A stretch of 64,000 nt of DNA, from contig JBJKWZ010000002.1 in the NCBI GenBank assembly GCA_045561795.1, positions 22,943-86,942 of the forward strand, given 5' to 3'. A program made the translations under genes and the position numbers. Of this stretch, positions 1 to 10,054 are shown in pieces. The notes beneath the pieces were generated by a model. That model worked only from the letters and a program-made list of their open reading frames with translations, was not told the origin of the DNA and searched no databases. How positions within the stretch are numbered: the stretch's first letter is position 1; the number at the start of each line of letters is the position of its first letter. The DNA comes from Flavobacteriaceae bacterium (GTDB taxonomy: Bacteria; Bacteroidota; Bacteroidia; Flavobacteriales; Flavobacteriaceae).

Positions 1-576
1 CAAAATGTTCCTGACCAAAGTAAAATAGATCAAGAAAAATTCAAGTTTTTGGAATTTTATAAAATAAAATTTAGTGGAAGCTGGTTTACAAGAATAGTCG
101 ATAAATTGGTTCTTAGAACTCAAGTGGATTTTGGTTTTTTAGGAACATACAATAATGAAAAGGGAGATATTCCTTTTGAAAGATTTTATGTGGGTGGGGA
201 CGGAATGAACAATACTTACGCTCTTGATGGAAGAGAGGTCATAGCACTCAGAGGTTATCCAAATTTCTCGTTGTCGAGCAGAGATGGATCTACTGTTTAT
301 AATAAGTTCACTGTTGAATTGAGGTATCCTATAACACTAAAGCCAAGTGCTTCAATCTACGGAACTAGTTATATGGAATCAGGTAGAGGATACCAAGGTT
401 TTAGAAACTTTAACCCATTCAATGCTCAAAGGTCTGCTGGTTTTGGAGTTAGAATTTTTATGCCTGCGTTTGGGCTTTTAGGGATTGATTTTGCTTATGG
501 ATTTGACAATGCTGATCCTTCAAATAGAACTCCTAATGGTTGGGAAACTCATTTTACAATTGGTCAGCAATTCTAA
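1..576 (+). CDS. bamA: Outer membrane protein assembly factor BamA, C-terminal part (5' end lies upstream of the window)
   Basis: Frame 1 is open from base 1 (QNVPDQSKIDQEKFKF precedes the listed Met at 49). Omp85-type barrel C-terminus (RFYVGGDGMN, GIDFAYGF, terminal TIGQQF with C-terminal Phe). Followed by two skp/ompH genes as in the conserved bamA-skp arrangement. Confidence 0.8.
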   Translation, partial: QNVPDQSKIDQEKFKFLEFYKIKFSGSWFTRIVDKLVLRTQVDFGFLGTYNNEKGDIPFERFYVGGDGMNNTYALDGREVIALRGYPNFSLSSRDGSTVYNKFTVELRYPITLKPSASIYGTSYMESGRGYQGFRNFNPFNAQRSAGFGVRIFMPAFGLLGIDFAYGFDNADPSNRTPNGWETHFTIGQQF

Positions 577-585
577 AGGTTAAAT

Positions 586-1167
586 ATGAATTTCAAGTTA
601 ATATTCACTTTATTTTATTTTATTTCTTCATCACTTTCATTTGCACAAAAAGGTGTTAGAATTGCGTACATAGATTTTAATAAAATTATTGAAGAAATTG
701 GAGATTATAAAGAGGCAACTAAAAATTTAGAAACAAAGGCTGAAAGTTGGAATAAAGAGATTGAAATTAAAAAAATGGAACTGAAAAGTAAGGAAGACCA
801 GCTAAATTCAGAAAAGTTTCTTCTTACCTCTGAATTAATAAAAGACAGAAACGAAGAATTAGATATTTATAGGGATGAAATATTTACTCTTCAAAATAAG
901 TATTTTGGAATTAACGGAAACTATATAAATCAAAAAAAAAGGTTGATTAAACCAATACAAGACAGGGTGTTGTCTGTTGTTAGAGAAATTGCCATTGAAA
1001 AAAAGTTTGACTTTGTATTTGATAGATCATCGACACTAATTATGTTATATTCGCAAAAAAATTACGATATTAGCGAATTGGTTTTAAAAAAAATTAATAA
1101 TCAAGAAAAAATTAAAAACAGAAAAGAGGAAATTGAGCGTAGAAGACTTAAAAATAAAAAATCTTAA
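586..1167 (+). CDS. OmpH/Skp family periplasmic chaperone (paralog 1, basic C-terminal tail)
   Basis: Signal peptide ending SLSFAQ, K/E-rich coiled-coil body, ~190 aa, directly downstream of bamA. Confidence 0.75.
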   Translation: MNFKLIFTLFYFISSSLSFAQKGVRIAYIDFNKIIEEIGDYKEATKNLETKAESWNKEIEIKKMELKSKEDQLNSEKFLLTSELIKDRNEELDIYRDEIFTLQNKYFGINGNYINQKKRLIKPIQDRVLSVVREIAIEKKFDFVFDRSSTLIMLYSQKNYDISELVLKKINNQEKIKNRKEEIERRRLKNKKS

Positions 1168-1194
1168 TACAATCCTCAGAATAAATTTTAATAT

Positions 1195-1701
1195 ATGAAA
1201 AAGACAAAATATTTTATAAGCATAATTTTCTTTATAATAACTCAGATTTCAATTAATGCTCAAAGTAAAGTTGCTCACATTGATACTCAAAAGCTAATTA
1301 GTGAGATGCCAGAAGTTATTGCCGCACAAAAACAACTTGAACAACTAGAAAAAACATATTCAACTGAAATAGAAAATACATATAAAGAATTTCAGACTAA
1401 AGCCCAAACTTATTCGGCTGACGCAGCTAATCAGACAGATGTTACAAATCAAGCTCGCCAAAAGGAGTTGGAAACCATGCAACAAAATATAAACCAGTAT
1501 AGGGAAACTGCTGCTCAAGATTTACAAAAAAAACAAATGGAAATGATGAAACCACTCTACGATAAGGCAAGAGAAGCAATTGAAAAGGTAGCTGCTGGTC
1601 AAGGTTTTGATTATGTATTAGATTCATCAACTGGTGGCAGTGTAATAATGGCTAAAGGCAAAGATTTAATGGTAGACGTTAAATCAGCGCTAGGATTTTA
1701 A
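1195..1701 (+). CDS. OmpH/Skp family periplasmic chaperone (paralog 2)
   Basis: Signal peptide (ISINAQ), Q/E/K-rich helical body, conserved C-terminal FDYVLD motif. Second of a tandem pair after bamA. Confidence 0.8.
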   Translation: MKKTKYFISIIFFIITQISINAQSKVAHIDTQKLISEMPEVIAAQKQLEQLEKTYSTEIENTYKEFQTKAQTYSADAANQTDVTNQARQKELETMQQNINQYRETAAQDLQKKQMEMMKPLYDKAREAIEKVAAGQGFDYVLDSSTGGSVIMAKGKDLMVDVKSALGF

Positions 1702-1702
1702 A

Positions 1703-2212
1703 TTATTTATACCAGTTAGAGTAGATAAGGTAGTTTTTTGCAATTCTTTTTATTTCCTTTTTTGATTTAGATTGATCAATATTTTTTATTTTTTTAGCTG
1801 GAATCCCCCCATATATTGAATTGGGCTCAACAAAAGTATTCTCTATAATTACACTCCCAGCTGCAACTATCGTATTTGAACTTATTTTAGAGTTATCCAT
1901 CACTATGCTTCCCATTCCAACTAAAACAAAATCATCTATCGTGCAACCGTGAATAATTGCATTGTGTCCTATTGAAACATGATTACCAATAAATGTTGAG
2001 GTCTTTTTATAAGTGGCGTGTACAACTGAACCATCTTGAATATTTACATTATTCCCTATTCTTATTTTATTTACGTCTCCCCTAATTACCGTATTAAACC
2101 AAATGGAACAAAAGTCACCTATGATGACGTCACCAACAACTGTAGCTGTATCAGCAAAAAAGCAGTCATTACCCCACAATGGTTTTTTACCTAAAACAGA
2201 TTTTATAATCAT
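1703..2212 (-). CDS. Gamma carbonic anhydrase family / hexapeptide-repeat (LbH) protein (YrdA/PaaY-like)
   Basis: Left-handed beta-helix hexapeptide repeats (VIGDFCSIWFNTVIRGDVNKIRIGNNVNIQDGSVVH, IGHNAIIHGCTI, VGMGSIVM). ~170 aa, typical of the family. Confidence 0.75.
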   Translation of the reverse strand: MIIKSVLGKKPLWGNDCFFADTATVVGDVIIGDFCSIWFNTVIRGDVNKIRIGNNVNIQDGSVVHATYKKTSTFIGNHVSIGHNAIIHGCTIDDFVLVGMGSIVMDNSKISSNTIVAAGSVIIENTFVEPNSIYGGIPAKKIKNIDQSKSKKEIKRIAKNYLIYSNWYK

Positions 2213-2252
2213 AAATTAAATAAATGTAAATTAAACTTTTTAATTTTGCACT

Positions 2253-3134
2253 ATGAACAAACTCCTTATTCAATCCAAGATTATTAGTGATGATTTAGCA
2301 TCATTTCAATGGAATTTTGATTTAAATACTAAAAATGAAAAATTTAATACTGTAGAAGAAGCCAAAGACTTGCCTTTGGCTAAAGAAATGTTTTATCTTC
2401 CATTTATAAAATCTGTATCTATTTCAAAAAATGAAATGGTACTTGAAAGATTTGATATAGTATCTTGGGAGGATGTTTTAAGCGAAGTTGAAAAAATCAT
2501 CGAAAAAAAATTACAGTTCATTTTTTCAGATAAATTTGAAATGGATGAAAAAATACAAAATATTGTTTCACTCTATGCCGAAAGTACACCAAATCCAAAA
2601 GTTATGAAATTTGTTTCTAATAAACTTTTAACTAAAGAAATATATGAAGTCAAAAGAGGTAACCTTAATAATGGATCAAAATTCATAAACTCAATTTTTT
2701 CATTTGATTTTGTCGAGCAAATTTTTTTAAATAATAATTATATATCTGTTACTTTAAGTGAGAATTACAATTGGGATTCTCATGTAAATAATTTCAGAGA
2801 TTTTTTAAAAGAGAAATTAGAAAAAGAATTTGATTTTAGTATTGTAGACAAAAATGATGTTGATAAAAATAATTCTAATACCGAACCTTTAGATAAAGTT
2901 TCCCGGCAAATCATAAAAATAATTGACGAATACATCAAACCCTCCGTAGCCATGGATGGTGGAAACATCTTGTTTAAAAAATATCACCCAAAAGAAAAAT
3001 TAGTAGAAGTAGTTTTACAAGGAGCTTGTAGTGGTTGTCCTTCCTCAACATTTACCTTAAAAAATGGTATTGAAAATATGCTAAAAGAGATGGTCCCAGG
3101 GAAAGTTAAGGCCGTATCTGCAATTAACGGATAG
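2253..3134 (+). CDS. NifU/Nfu family Fe-S cluster assembly protein
   Basis: C-terminal NifU domain with VVLQGACSGCPSSTFTLKNGIE (CxxC), preceded by Nfu_N-like region(s). Confidence 0.75.
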   Translation: MNKLLIQSKIISDDLASFQWNFDLNTKNEKFNTVEEAKDLPLAKEMFYLPFIKSVSISKNEMVLERFDIVSWEDVLSEVEKIIEKKLQFIFSDKFEMDEKIQNIVSLYAESTPNPKVMKFVSNKLLTKEIYEVKRGNLNNGSKFINSIFSFDFVEQIFLNNNYISVTLSENYNWDSHVNNFRDFLKEKLEKEFDFSIVDKNDVDKNNSNTEPLDKVSRQIIKIIDEYIKPSVAMDGGNILFKKYHPKEKLVEVVLQGACSGCPSSTFTLKNGIENMLKEMVPGKVKAVSAING

Positions 3135-3144
3135 AGAATAAAAT

Positions 3145-3813
3145 TCAATTTTTTAAGTAATTGTTTTTGAGATAAAGAGGTTCACAATAAGCTAGATCAG
3201 CAAAATCTTTTTTTAAAAATTTGGTGTAAGAAATTTCACCCATTTCTTTTGAAGAAGGGTTGGAAATCTCAATTATATATTTGAACTCCTTTGAATTGAT
3301 AATACTTTTACATTTTTCAGCTCCATTTCCAAAAATGATCTTCTTTTTATTTGGGAAATCGTTAAAAAAATCTTCTGAAAGAATTCTTGAGGTCGGGGAT
3401 TTTAATAGTTTATGATTTTTGTCAAAAATCGAAAAGTAGACTTCCATTCTTCTAGCATCAAACATTGGAACTAAAATTTCTTCATTTATTGTTTTATACT
3501 TGTGTGCAAGAATTTCAAGACTATTAATTGTAATTAATGGTATATCTTTAGAATAGCATATCCCTTTTGCTGAGGACAGACCTATCCTCAATCCGGTAAA
3601 GGAACCTGGTCCAATACCAACTGAAACAGCCATTAGTTCATGATATTCAATCTTAGAATTAACCATTGACTCTTCAATAAATGAATGTAGAAATTCACTA
3701 TGCTTGTACCCCTCACCGTCTGACTCTTTTGTGTATATTATTTTATTTTTTTTGGAAATGGATACTGAGCAGTTTGTTGATGAAGTTTCCAAACAAAGAA
3801 TATGATTTTTCAT
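3145..3813 (-). CDS. tsaB: tRNA threonylcarbamoyladenosine (t6A) biosynthesis protein TsaB (YeaZ)
   Basis: ILCLETSS N-terminus and GIGPGSFTGLRIGLS motif of YeaZ/TsaB. Start placed at Met12 of the listed ORF (MKNHIL), which removes the overlap with the upstream tolC-like gene. Confidence 0.8.
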   Translation of the reverse strand: MKNHILCLETSSTNCSVSISKKNKIIYTKESDGEGYKHSEFLHSFIEESMVNSKIEYHELMAVSVGIGPGSFTGLRIGLSSAKGICYSKDIPLITINSLEILAHKYKTINEEILVPMFDARRMEVYFSIFDKNHKLLKSPTSRILSEDFFNDFPNKKKIIFGNGAEKCKSIINSKEFKYIIEISNPSSKEMGEISYTKFLKKDFADLAYCEPLYLKNNYLKN

Positions 3814-3823
3814 GAAATAAAAA

Positions 3824-5260
3824 TTACATACTAATGGGCATTCCAAAATAAAACTCCAATACTTTTAATTTAAAAATATAATCGTATTTAGAACGTATTT
3901 CGTCAGAAACTGATGAATCATAAGACTGTTTAATTTGGAGGTAGTTAAAACTGTCTATTATTCCTTCATCAAATCTATCTTTAGAATTATTAAATGAAGT
4001 GAGCCTTGCATCTTTTGTTTTTTTTGCTGCTTCAAATAGAGTATACGCTCCCTTTGTGTCATTAAAAGCTTGATTAATTGTAGTTTCTAAGTCTAATTTT
4101 TGTTGCTCCATTAAATTTTTTGATCTTTCAAAATTAATTTTAGATTGCCTAAAATTATTTCTATTTCTTAGACCATTAAATATTGGTATATTCAGCTGAA
4201 TTCCAAAATTATGTCCATCGTTAATTCCCAGCTGATCAAAAACTGGTAAAGGCCCAATAATTTCTGGGATTTCTCTATTAGTGTCAACAACTTCTCCACT
4301 GCTCCTAACAAATCCTATCGGGATTTCTTGAAATTCTCCAGAACCTGTAATTCTATCTGCATACGAAAGTCTTGTGCTAAAGCTATAAAACCCTACAAGT
4401 GAGGGTAAAAGATTACCTTTTGCCAATTTAATATCTGCTTCTGCTATTTCAACATTTGTAATCGCAAGTTTTATATCATTTCTAAACGATAAGGCTTTTT
4501 CAAAAATTTTCTTTGGTCCTTCTTCCATTATTTGTGAAAAAGGTACGTCCAAATCTTCTGCTGATATGTCAAAATTTTCATAGTCCGTAATAAGTAACAA
4601 TTGAGCCAAGTTTATTTTAGAGAGTCTTAAATTATTATTCGATAAAACTAGATTTTGCTCCTGGGATGCAACTTCCGCGATTAGATCTATTCGGTCATTT
4701 TCAATCAAAATTCCTGCATCAACTAAATTGTTTGTTCTCTCCAATTGCGTTTTAATTAAATCTAGTTGGGTTTTTTGTACATTAACAATCTCTTTATTGA
4801 ACATAATCTGCAAATATGCGTTTGCAACAAGCAGTTTTGTGTCATCCATTATGTCTTCGATTTGGTATTGTCTTGCCAGCAAAGCTAAATTTGCTCTGTA
4901 GAGTTGAATAAAATTTTGTTTGCCTCTGTATATGTCCACTCCTAAATTTAAATTTCCTGATGAAAATTGAGTTGTCATATTTTCAAATAAACCCGTAGTA
5001 ATATTTTGGTTCAAACCTATATTCCATGAATGATTTGCATTAAAGTTTACTGTTGGCAAAAAATTTGCTTTAGCAGTATTTTTGTCAATTAGTGCATCCT
5101 CATAATTTAATTGACCCTGTTTAATTGAAATATTTTTCTCAATCGCCAAATCAATACATTCTTCAAGAGACCATAGTTTTGATTGGCCAATCAATTTCTG
5201 GCACATTAGAACAATCATTGAAATAATAAATATTTTATTAGTTCTCATCTTTGTCATCAA
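3824..5260 (-). CDS. TolC family outer membrane efflux protein
   Basis: Signal peptide, ~470 aa, two-repeat coiled-coil/barrel architecture with typical LSLEECIDLAIEKN start of TolC/OEP proteins. Last gene of an ABC-adaptor-OMP cluster. Confidence 0.8.
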   Translation of the reverse strand: MMTKMRTNKIFIISMIVLMCQKLIGQSKLWSLEECIDLAIEKNISIKQGQLNYEDALIDKNTAKANFLPTVNFNANHSWNIGLNQNITTGLFENMTTQFSSGNLNLGVDIYRGKQNFIQLYRANLALLARQYQIEDIMDDTKLLVANAYLQIMFNKEIVNVQKTQLDLIKTQLERTNNLVDAGILIENDRIDLIAEVASQEQNLVLSNNNLRLSKINLAQLLLITDYENFDISAEDLDVPFSQIMEEGPKKIFEKALSFRNDIKLAITNVEIAEADIKLAKGNLLPSLVGFYSFSTRLSYADRITGSGEFQEIPIGFVRSSGEVVDTNREIPEIIGPLPVFDQLGINDGHNFGIQLNIPIFNGLRNRNNFRQSKINFERSKNLMEQQKLDLETTINQAFNDTKGAYTLFEAAKKTKDARLTSFNNSKDRFDEGIIDSFNYLQIKQSYDSSVSDEIRSKYDYIFKLKVLEFYFGMPISM

Positions 5261-6377
5261 TATCTATTTCACTTTCCAGAATGTCGGATTGTGTTCTGTT
5301 CCAAATTTTTACTCTATCATTTAAATTGATTCCTGATATGACTTCAACATTTATTCCATCAGAAATTCCGATTTCAATATTTTTCCTTTTGAATTTTTGT
5401 TCAGAAGTTTCAATCTCAACATAAGGCTTGTCCGAGTCTTTGTCAAACTGAAGTAAAGCCTCAGAAATACTTAAAACACTATCTTTGCGTTCAAGAATGA
5501 AAGAAGCATTGGCACTATAACCCGCTCTAATTGTAAATTCATTCTCTAACTTCAAATCCCCCTCTATCTTAAATTGAACGATGCCTTCTTCCTCATTGCC
5601 TTTGGGAGCAATAAATTTTAATTTTGCATCAAAAAACTTGTCATCTATTGCACCTAAACTTACTTTTAATGGCATTCCTAAAAACATTTTATTTACATCT
5701 GTTTCATCTACTTTTCCTTCGAAAATCATTTTATTTAAATCTGCAATAATAGCAATTGTAGTTCCATTATTAAAAGAATTACTTTCAATCACTTGATCTC
5801 CCTCCTTAACAGGAATCTCTAGAACAGTTCCAGGTACAGTTGCTCGAACATCTGTGTTTGCAGTAGCCATTCCGCCAGCAGATCCAGATTTTATAATTTT
5901 AAAATCATTTTCAGCATTAAGTAAATCTTGTTTTGACCTGTTGAAGTTCAATTTTATGTCCTGGAATTCCTTAACAGATATAATACCTTTTTTTAATAAA
6001 TTTTGATTTCTTTTAAAATCAATTTCAGAGTTTTTAAAAACCAGTCTTGAATTTGCTAATCGACCTTTTGCACTGTTAAGTTGTCCTTCATCGGGAACAA
6101 TTTTTATTTTTGCGATAATATCTCCTTGCTTAACAAAGTCGCCTTCTTCAACAAAAATTTGACTTAAAATTCCTTGTACTTGAGGTTTAATTTCAACTTC
6201 ATCTTCAGGAATGACTTTACCAGTTGCAACTGTTTTTCTCTCAATATTTGTTATAAAAGGAGTATTTGTTTCATAGGTTATGTTCCCCTTGCTATTAGAT
6301 TTTATAAAATAGGCAATAGAAAATAAACCTGAAAAAATGACAATAAATAATAATAAATAGCGGATAATTTTTTTCAT
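5238..6377 (-). CDS. Efflux periplasmic adaptor subunit (HlyD/MacA family)
   Basis: N-terminal TM anchor, lipoyl-like hairpin (GKVIPEDEVEIKPQVQGIL, GDFVKQGDIIAKI), coiled coil, beta-barrel. Sits between the FtsX permeases and TolC. Confidence 0.8.
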   Translation of the reverse strand: MKKIIRYLLLFIVIFSGLFSIAYFIKSNSKGNITYETNTPFITNIERKTVATGKVIPEDEVEIKPQVQGILSQIFVEEGDFVKQGDIIAKIKIVPDEGQLNSAKGRLANSRLVFKNSEIDFKRNQNLLKKGIISVKEFQDIKLNFNRSKQDLLNAENDFKIIKSGSAGGMATANTDVRATVPGTVLEIPVKEGDQVIESNSFNNGTTIAIIADLNKMIFEGKVDETDVNKMFLGMPLKVSLGAIDDKFFDAKLKFIAPKGNEEEGIVQFKIEGDLKLENEFTIRAGYSANASFILERKDSVLSISEALLQFDKDSDKPYVEIETSEQKFKRKNIEIGISDGINVEVISGINLNDRVKIWNRTQSDILESEIDIDDKDEN

Positions 6378-6386
6378 AATTTTAAT

Positions 6387-7664
6387 TTACTCTTCTCTTA
6401 ATGCATCAATTGGTTTTATACTTACTGCTCTTTGTGCTGGAATTAAACCAATCAGTGTTCCAAGTGAAATAATGATTAATAATGCGGCCAAAATAAATGA
6501 GATCGGAACAGTTGGATTAGTGTATGGAAAACTATCTATATCCTCTGTAGCAATGTCAATAAGATATAGCACTAAGCCTCCTAATATAATTCCAAAAATC
6601 CCTGAAACAAGAGATAAAAATACTGACTCTAGAATAATTTGAATTTTTACCTCAGATGGAGTAGCTCCTATTGCTCTTCTAACTCCCAATTCTTTAGTTC
6701 TTTCTTTGACTGATATCAACAAGATATTTCCAATTCCAATAACCCCTGCAAGTATTGTGGCTATTCCAACAATAATCGAGAGAAGAGTCATTCCTTTAGA
6801 AAACCCTTTAATTTTATTGAATATTTCTCCCAAGTTAAAACCGCTAATAGCTCTTTCATCCTTAGGATTTACATTATGAATTCTTTTTAAAGTATTTTTT
6901 ATCTGTTCTTCAACATCTACCACATTTGAATCATCGTAAGCGGCAATTGTAAACCAACCAACTCTTTCTCCTGTATTATAAATATTTTTAAATGTTGTAA
7001 ATGGAATAAACACATCACCATCTGTCTCAAAACCACCACCTTGAATATATTTGTGAACACCTATTACCTGAAAAAAAACATCATCTAATTTTACATATTC
7101 TCCAATTACTTTTTCTCCTTCAACAAACAATTCTTTTTTTGTTCTTTCTCCAATTACGCAGACTTTTCTAGACAAATCAATATCTATTTGATTTATAAAC
7201 CTACCCCCTTTAAAAATTTTTTTTGTTGCAATTTTTGTGTATTCAGGAAAGTCACCATAAATATTGTAATTACCAGATTTCGATTTTCTGACAATGGTGG
7301 CAGGCGGTGAACCACCAAAAACCCCCCTTGCATTTCTCGGGGCTATATATTGTATATCTGGCACATTATTTAACAATACTTTTGCGTCACTAATTTTGAG
7401 TCTAGGTCTCCTGCCTGTTTTAAATCCTTTGTAAGGCATACTTGTCTGCTGTGTCCATATAAACATAGAGTTCATCGCAATATTTTCAAACTCCTTATCA
7501 AATCCGTTATCCAAACCATTTGATGAACCAGACAATGTTATATATATAAAAATACCCCAAAGTACTCCTATGACAGTAATAATAGTCCGAACTTTGTTTT
7601 TCCTAACGGAACTAAATATTTCCTGCCAAGTATCATAATCAAAAATAACTTTTAAACTATTCAT
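6387..7664 (-). CDS. ABC transporter permease, MacB/FtsX family
   Basis: N-terminal TM, large extracytoplasmic domain, C-terminal FtsX 3-TM bundle with KERTKELGVRRAIGA motif. Confidence 0.8.
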   Translation of the reverse strand: MNSLKVIFDYDTWQEIFSSVRKNKVRTIITVIGVLWGIFIYITLSGSSNGLDNGFDKEFENIAMNSMFIWTQQTSMPYKGFKTGRRPRLKISDAKVLLNNVPDIQYIAPRNARGVFGGSPPATIVRKSKSGNYNIYGDFPEYTKIATKKIFKGGRFINQIDIDLSRKVCVIGERTKKELFVEGEKVIGEYVKLDDVFFQVIGVHKYIQGGGFETDGDVFIPFTTFKNIYNTGERVGWFTIAAYDDSNVVDVEEQIKNTLKRIHNVNPKDERAISGFNLGEIFNKIKGFSKGMTLLSIIVGIATILAGVIGIGNILLISVKERTKELGVRRAIGATPSEVKIQIILESVFLSLVSGIFGIILGGLVLYLIDIATEDIDSFPYTNPTVPISFILAALLIIISLGTLIGLIPAQRAVSIKPIDALREE

Positions 7665-8886
7665 CTCTTAATGCTACTATTGGTTTTATACTTGCCGCTC
7701 TTTTAGCTGGAACATATCCAGCAATAGCTCCAAATAGAATAAGTACTATTGTTGCGAAAAATGCTGTGCTTAAGTTTATATAGGGATTTTTAATAAAATA
7801 ATCTTCTAATCTGTTGCCTGTGTTTTTTAGAATTAATACCGCAAAAAACATCCCAATATAACCTGAAATAGTTGTAATAAAAATAGACTCTTGCAAAACC
7901 ATATTTATAACAGAATTTGGTGATGCTCCAAGAGCTTTTCTGATTCCAAGTTCCTTAGTTCTCTCTTTGACAACAAAAACCATAATATTTGAAATGCCGA
8001 TTATTCCCGCAATAAGAGTTCCTATACCAACAAAGGTTACAATTATTTGTAGTGCAGATGCAAATTGCTGATTACGTTTAAGATCATCAGATACATTTCT
8101 AATGAAAATGCCTTTTGAGTCTGAAGGAGCAATAAATTTTTTTTGCTTTAAATATTCACGAAGTTGTTTCTCGAAAGCTAGCGCGCCAGAATTTCCAATT
8201 TCAGATTTAAAAGCTACGATAATTGAACCAATTTTTTTTGTTGCCTTTTCCATTTTTTGTCTTGTAGTATAGGGAATGTAAACAAAACGTTCCTCATTAT
8301 CACCACCTGAATCTTTAAAAACTCCTACTATTTTAAAAACAGTTTTACCAATATCAACAAATTTTCCAATTGGGTCTTCGTCACCGAATAAATCCTTTGA
8401 AACTAAACGACCAACCACAGCAACCTTTTTCTTTTGTTTAATGTCTATATCATTTAAGTATCTTCCATTGGTAACAATTGTTTTTTCTGCAAATTGGTGA
8501 GAGGGGGCAACTCCTCTTGTTGTATAATTTCCATATTCGTTTTTGAATTTTATTTTAGCTCCTCTAGTTATCCTCGGGGTTATATACTCTAAATAAAAAC
8601 TGAAGAACTTTTGGATTTCATATAAATCTTCATTTTCAAATTCTATTCTTCTGCTTGCTTTATATCCTTTGAATGGTTTTGATGTTTTACCCGATTCAAT
8701 ATAAAGTATGTTCGTAGCATCATCCAAAAAAAATTCTTTAAATGAGTTTTTAAGCCCATTACCAAGTCCAAATAATATTATGAAAATAAAAATACCAAGT
8801 GCGACTGTAAAACCAGATAAAAAGGTCCTCAACTTGTTCTTTTTTATTGTTTCAAATATTTCCTGCCAACGATCTTTATTAAACAT
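7657..8886 (-). CDS. ABC transporter permease, MacB/FtsX family (paralog)
   Basis: Same architecture as 6387..7664 (KERTKELGIRKALGA). 8-nt overlaps with both neighbours indicate translational coupling. Confidence 0.8.
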   Translation of the reverse strand: MFNKDRWQEIFETIKKNKLRTFLSGFTVALGIFIFIILFGLGNGLKNSFKEFFLDDATNILYIESGKTSKPFKGYKASRRIEFENEDLYEIQKFFSFYLEYITPRITRGAKIKFKNEYGNYTTRGVAPSHQFAEKTIVTNGRYLNDIDIKQKKKVAVVGRLVSKDLFGDEDPIGKFVDIGKTVFKIVGVFKDSGGDNEERFVYIPYTTRQKMEKATKKIGSIIVAFKSEIGNSGALAFEKQLREYLKQKKFIAPSDSKGIFIRNVSDDLKRNQQFASALQIIVTFVGIGTLIAGIIGISNIMVFVVKERTKELGIRKALGASPNSVINMVLQESIFITTISGYIGMFFAVLILKNTGNRLEDYFIKNPYINLSTAFFATIVLILFGAIAGYVPAKRAASIKPIVALRDE

Positions 8887-9580
8887 TTGATTTTATTAAA
8901 TTTTGTTTAACTTTTTTATCTTCTACTATGATTCCATCTTTAAGTCTAACAATCCTTTTACACATTTTTGCGATATCTTCCTCATGGGTAACCACAAGAA
9001 TTGTTTTACCGGAATTATTTATTTCTTGGATCAAATTCATCACTTCGTGTGAAGTTTTACTATCAAGAGCTCCTGTGGGTTCGTCAGCGAGCAACACCTT
9101 GGGCTCTGTCACCATTGCCCTTGCAATCGCTACTCTTTGCTTTTGACCCCCAGAGAGTTCACTTGGTAGATGTTTTGACCAATCCCCTAATCCAAACTTT
9201 TGTAAATATTTCATTGCTTTCAGTTGTCTCTCTTGCCTTCCAATTCCTTGATAATATAGAGGTAATGAAACATTTTCAACTGCATTTTTGTAATTTATTA
9301 AATTGAAAGACTGAAATACAAATCCTAAAAATTTATTTCTATACTTAGCTGCTTTAGTCTCATTTAGATTTTTAATTTCTACACTATCAAGTCTATAGGT
9401 GCCGCTATCTAATAAATCTAACATGCCAATGATATTTAGTAAAGTGGATTTCCCAGAACCCGAGGAGCCCATAATAGCAATTAATTCCCCCTCTTCAATA
9501 TTTAAATTTATTCCCTTCAAAACATGAAGTGAGGAATTTCCAATTTTATATGATTTATGTAAATCTTCTAATTGTATCAT
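8879..9580 (-). CDS. ABC transporter ATP-binding protein (MacB/LolD-type)
   Basis: Walker A GSSGSGKST, signature LSGGQKQR, Walker B LLADEPTGALD, H-loop VTHE. Confidence 0.9.
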   Translation of the reverse strand: MIQLEDLHKSYKIGNSSLHVLKGINLNIEEGELIAIMGSSGSGKSTLLNIIGMLDLLDSGTYRLDSVEIKNLNETKAAKYRNKFLGFVFQSFNLINYKNAVENVSLPLYYQGIGRQERQLKAMKYLQKFGLGDWSKHLPSELSGGQKQRVAIARAMVTEPKVLLADEPTGALDSKTSHEVMNLIQEINNSGKTILVVTHEEDIAKMCKRIVRLKDGIIVEDKKVKQNLIKSNV

Positions 9581-9586
9581 TAAAAC

Positions 9587-10054
9587 TTAATTATATATTG
9601 AACTAATTAGGAAATAAAAAAAATGAAATGAAACTGACATCAAACCTAAAAATAGTGTAAATGACTTATTAAATATGGCAAAGTCTTGTCCTGAAAGTAG
9701 AAAAAAATTAGTGCCTTCAAAACAAACGGTTACATACTTATTTAAAACAATAAAGCCTAAACAAATTAAACCTTTATTTTTTATACTTGTTAAATTATCG
9801 AAGAAAACTTTGAATGCCTTTTTTCCTTTATCCGTAATTTTACATAAGGTTAGAGGGTAATTATTGAAATAAGTTTTATTGATTTTGATTAGCCCTTGAT
9901 TTTCAAGTTTTTTTATTTGTATGCTAACATTACCCTTTGAAGAATCTGTTACCTCCATTAGTTTCTTAAAATTTGCCTTCTCAACAGAAATCAAAAAAGA
10001 AATAATTTTTAATCGTATGGGGTTAAAAAGAAGTTTTTCTAAAGTTTTATCCAC
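9587..10054 (-). CDS. Winged-helix (HTH_34-like) transcriptional regulator with an unusual ~60-aa hydrophobic C-terminal extension
   Basis: Residues 1-95 look like a small wHTH regulator (NPIRLKIISFL, SKGNVSIQIKKLENQGLI, ITDKGKKAF). Residues ~95-155 are F/L/I/S-rich and include one TM-like segment (FTLFLGLMSVSFHFFYFLISSIY). The true stop or extent of this tail is uncertain. Confidence 0.6.
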   Translation of the reverse strand: MDKTLEKLLFNPIRLKIISFLISVEKANFKKLMEVTDSSKGNVSIQIKKLENQGLIKINKTYFNNYPLTLCKITDKGKKAFKVFFDNLTSIKNKGLICLGFIVLNKYVTVCFEGTNFFLLSGQDFAIFNKSFTLFLGLMSVSFHFFYFLISSIYN

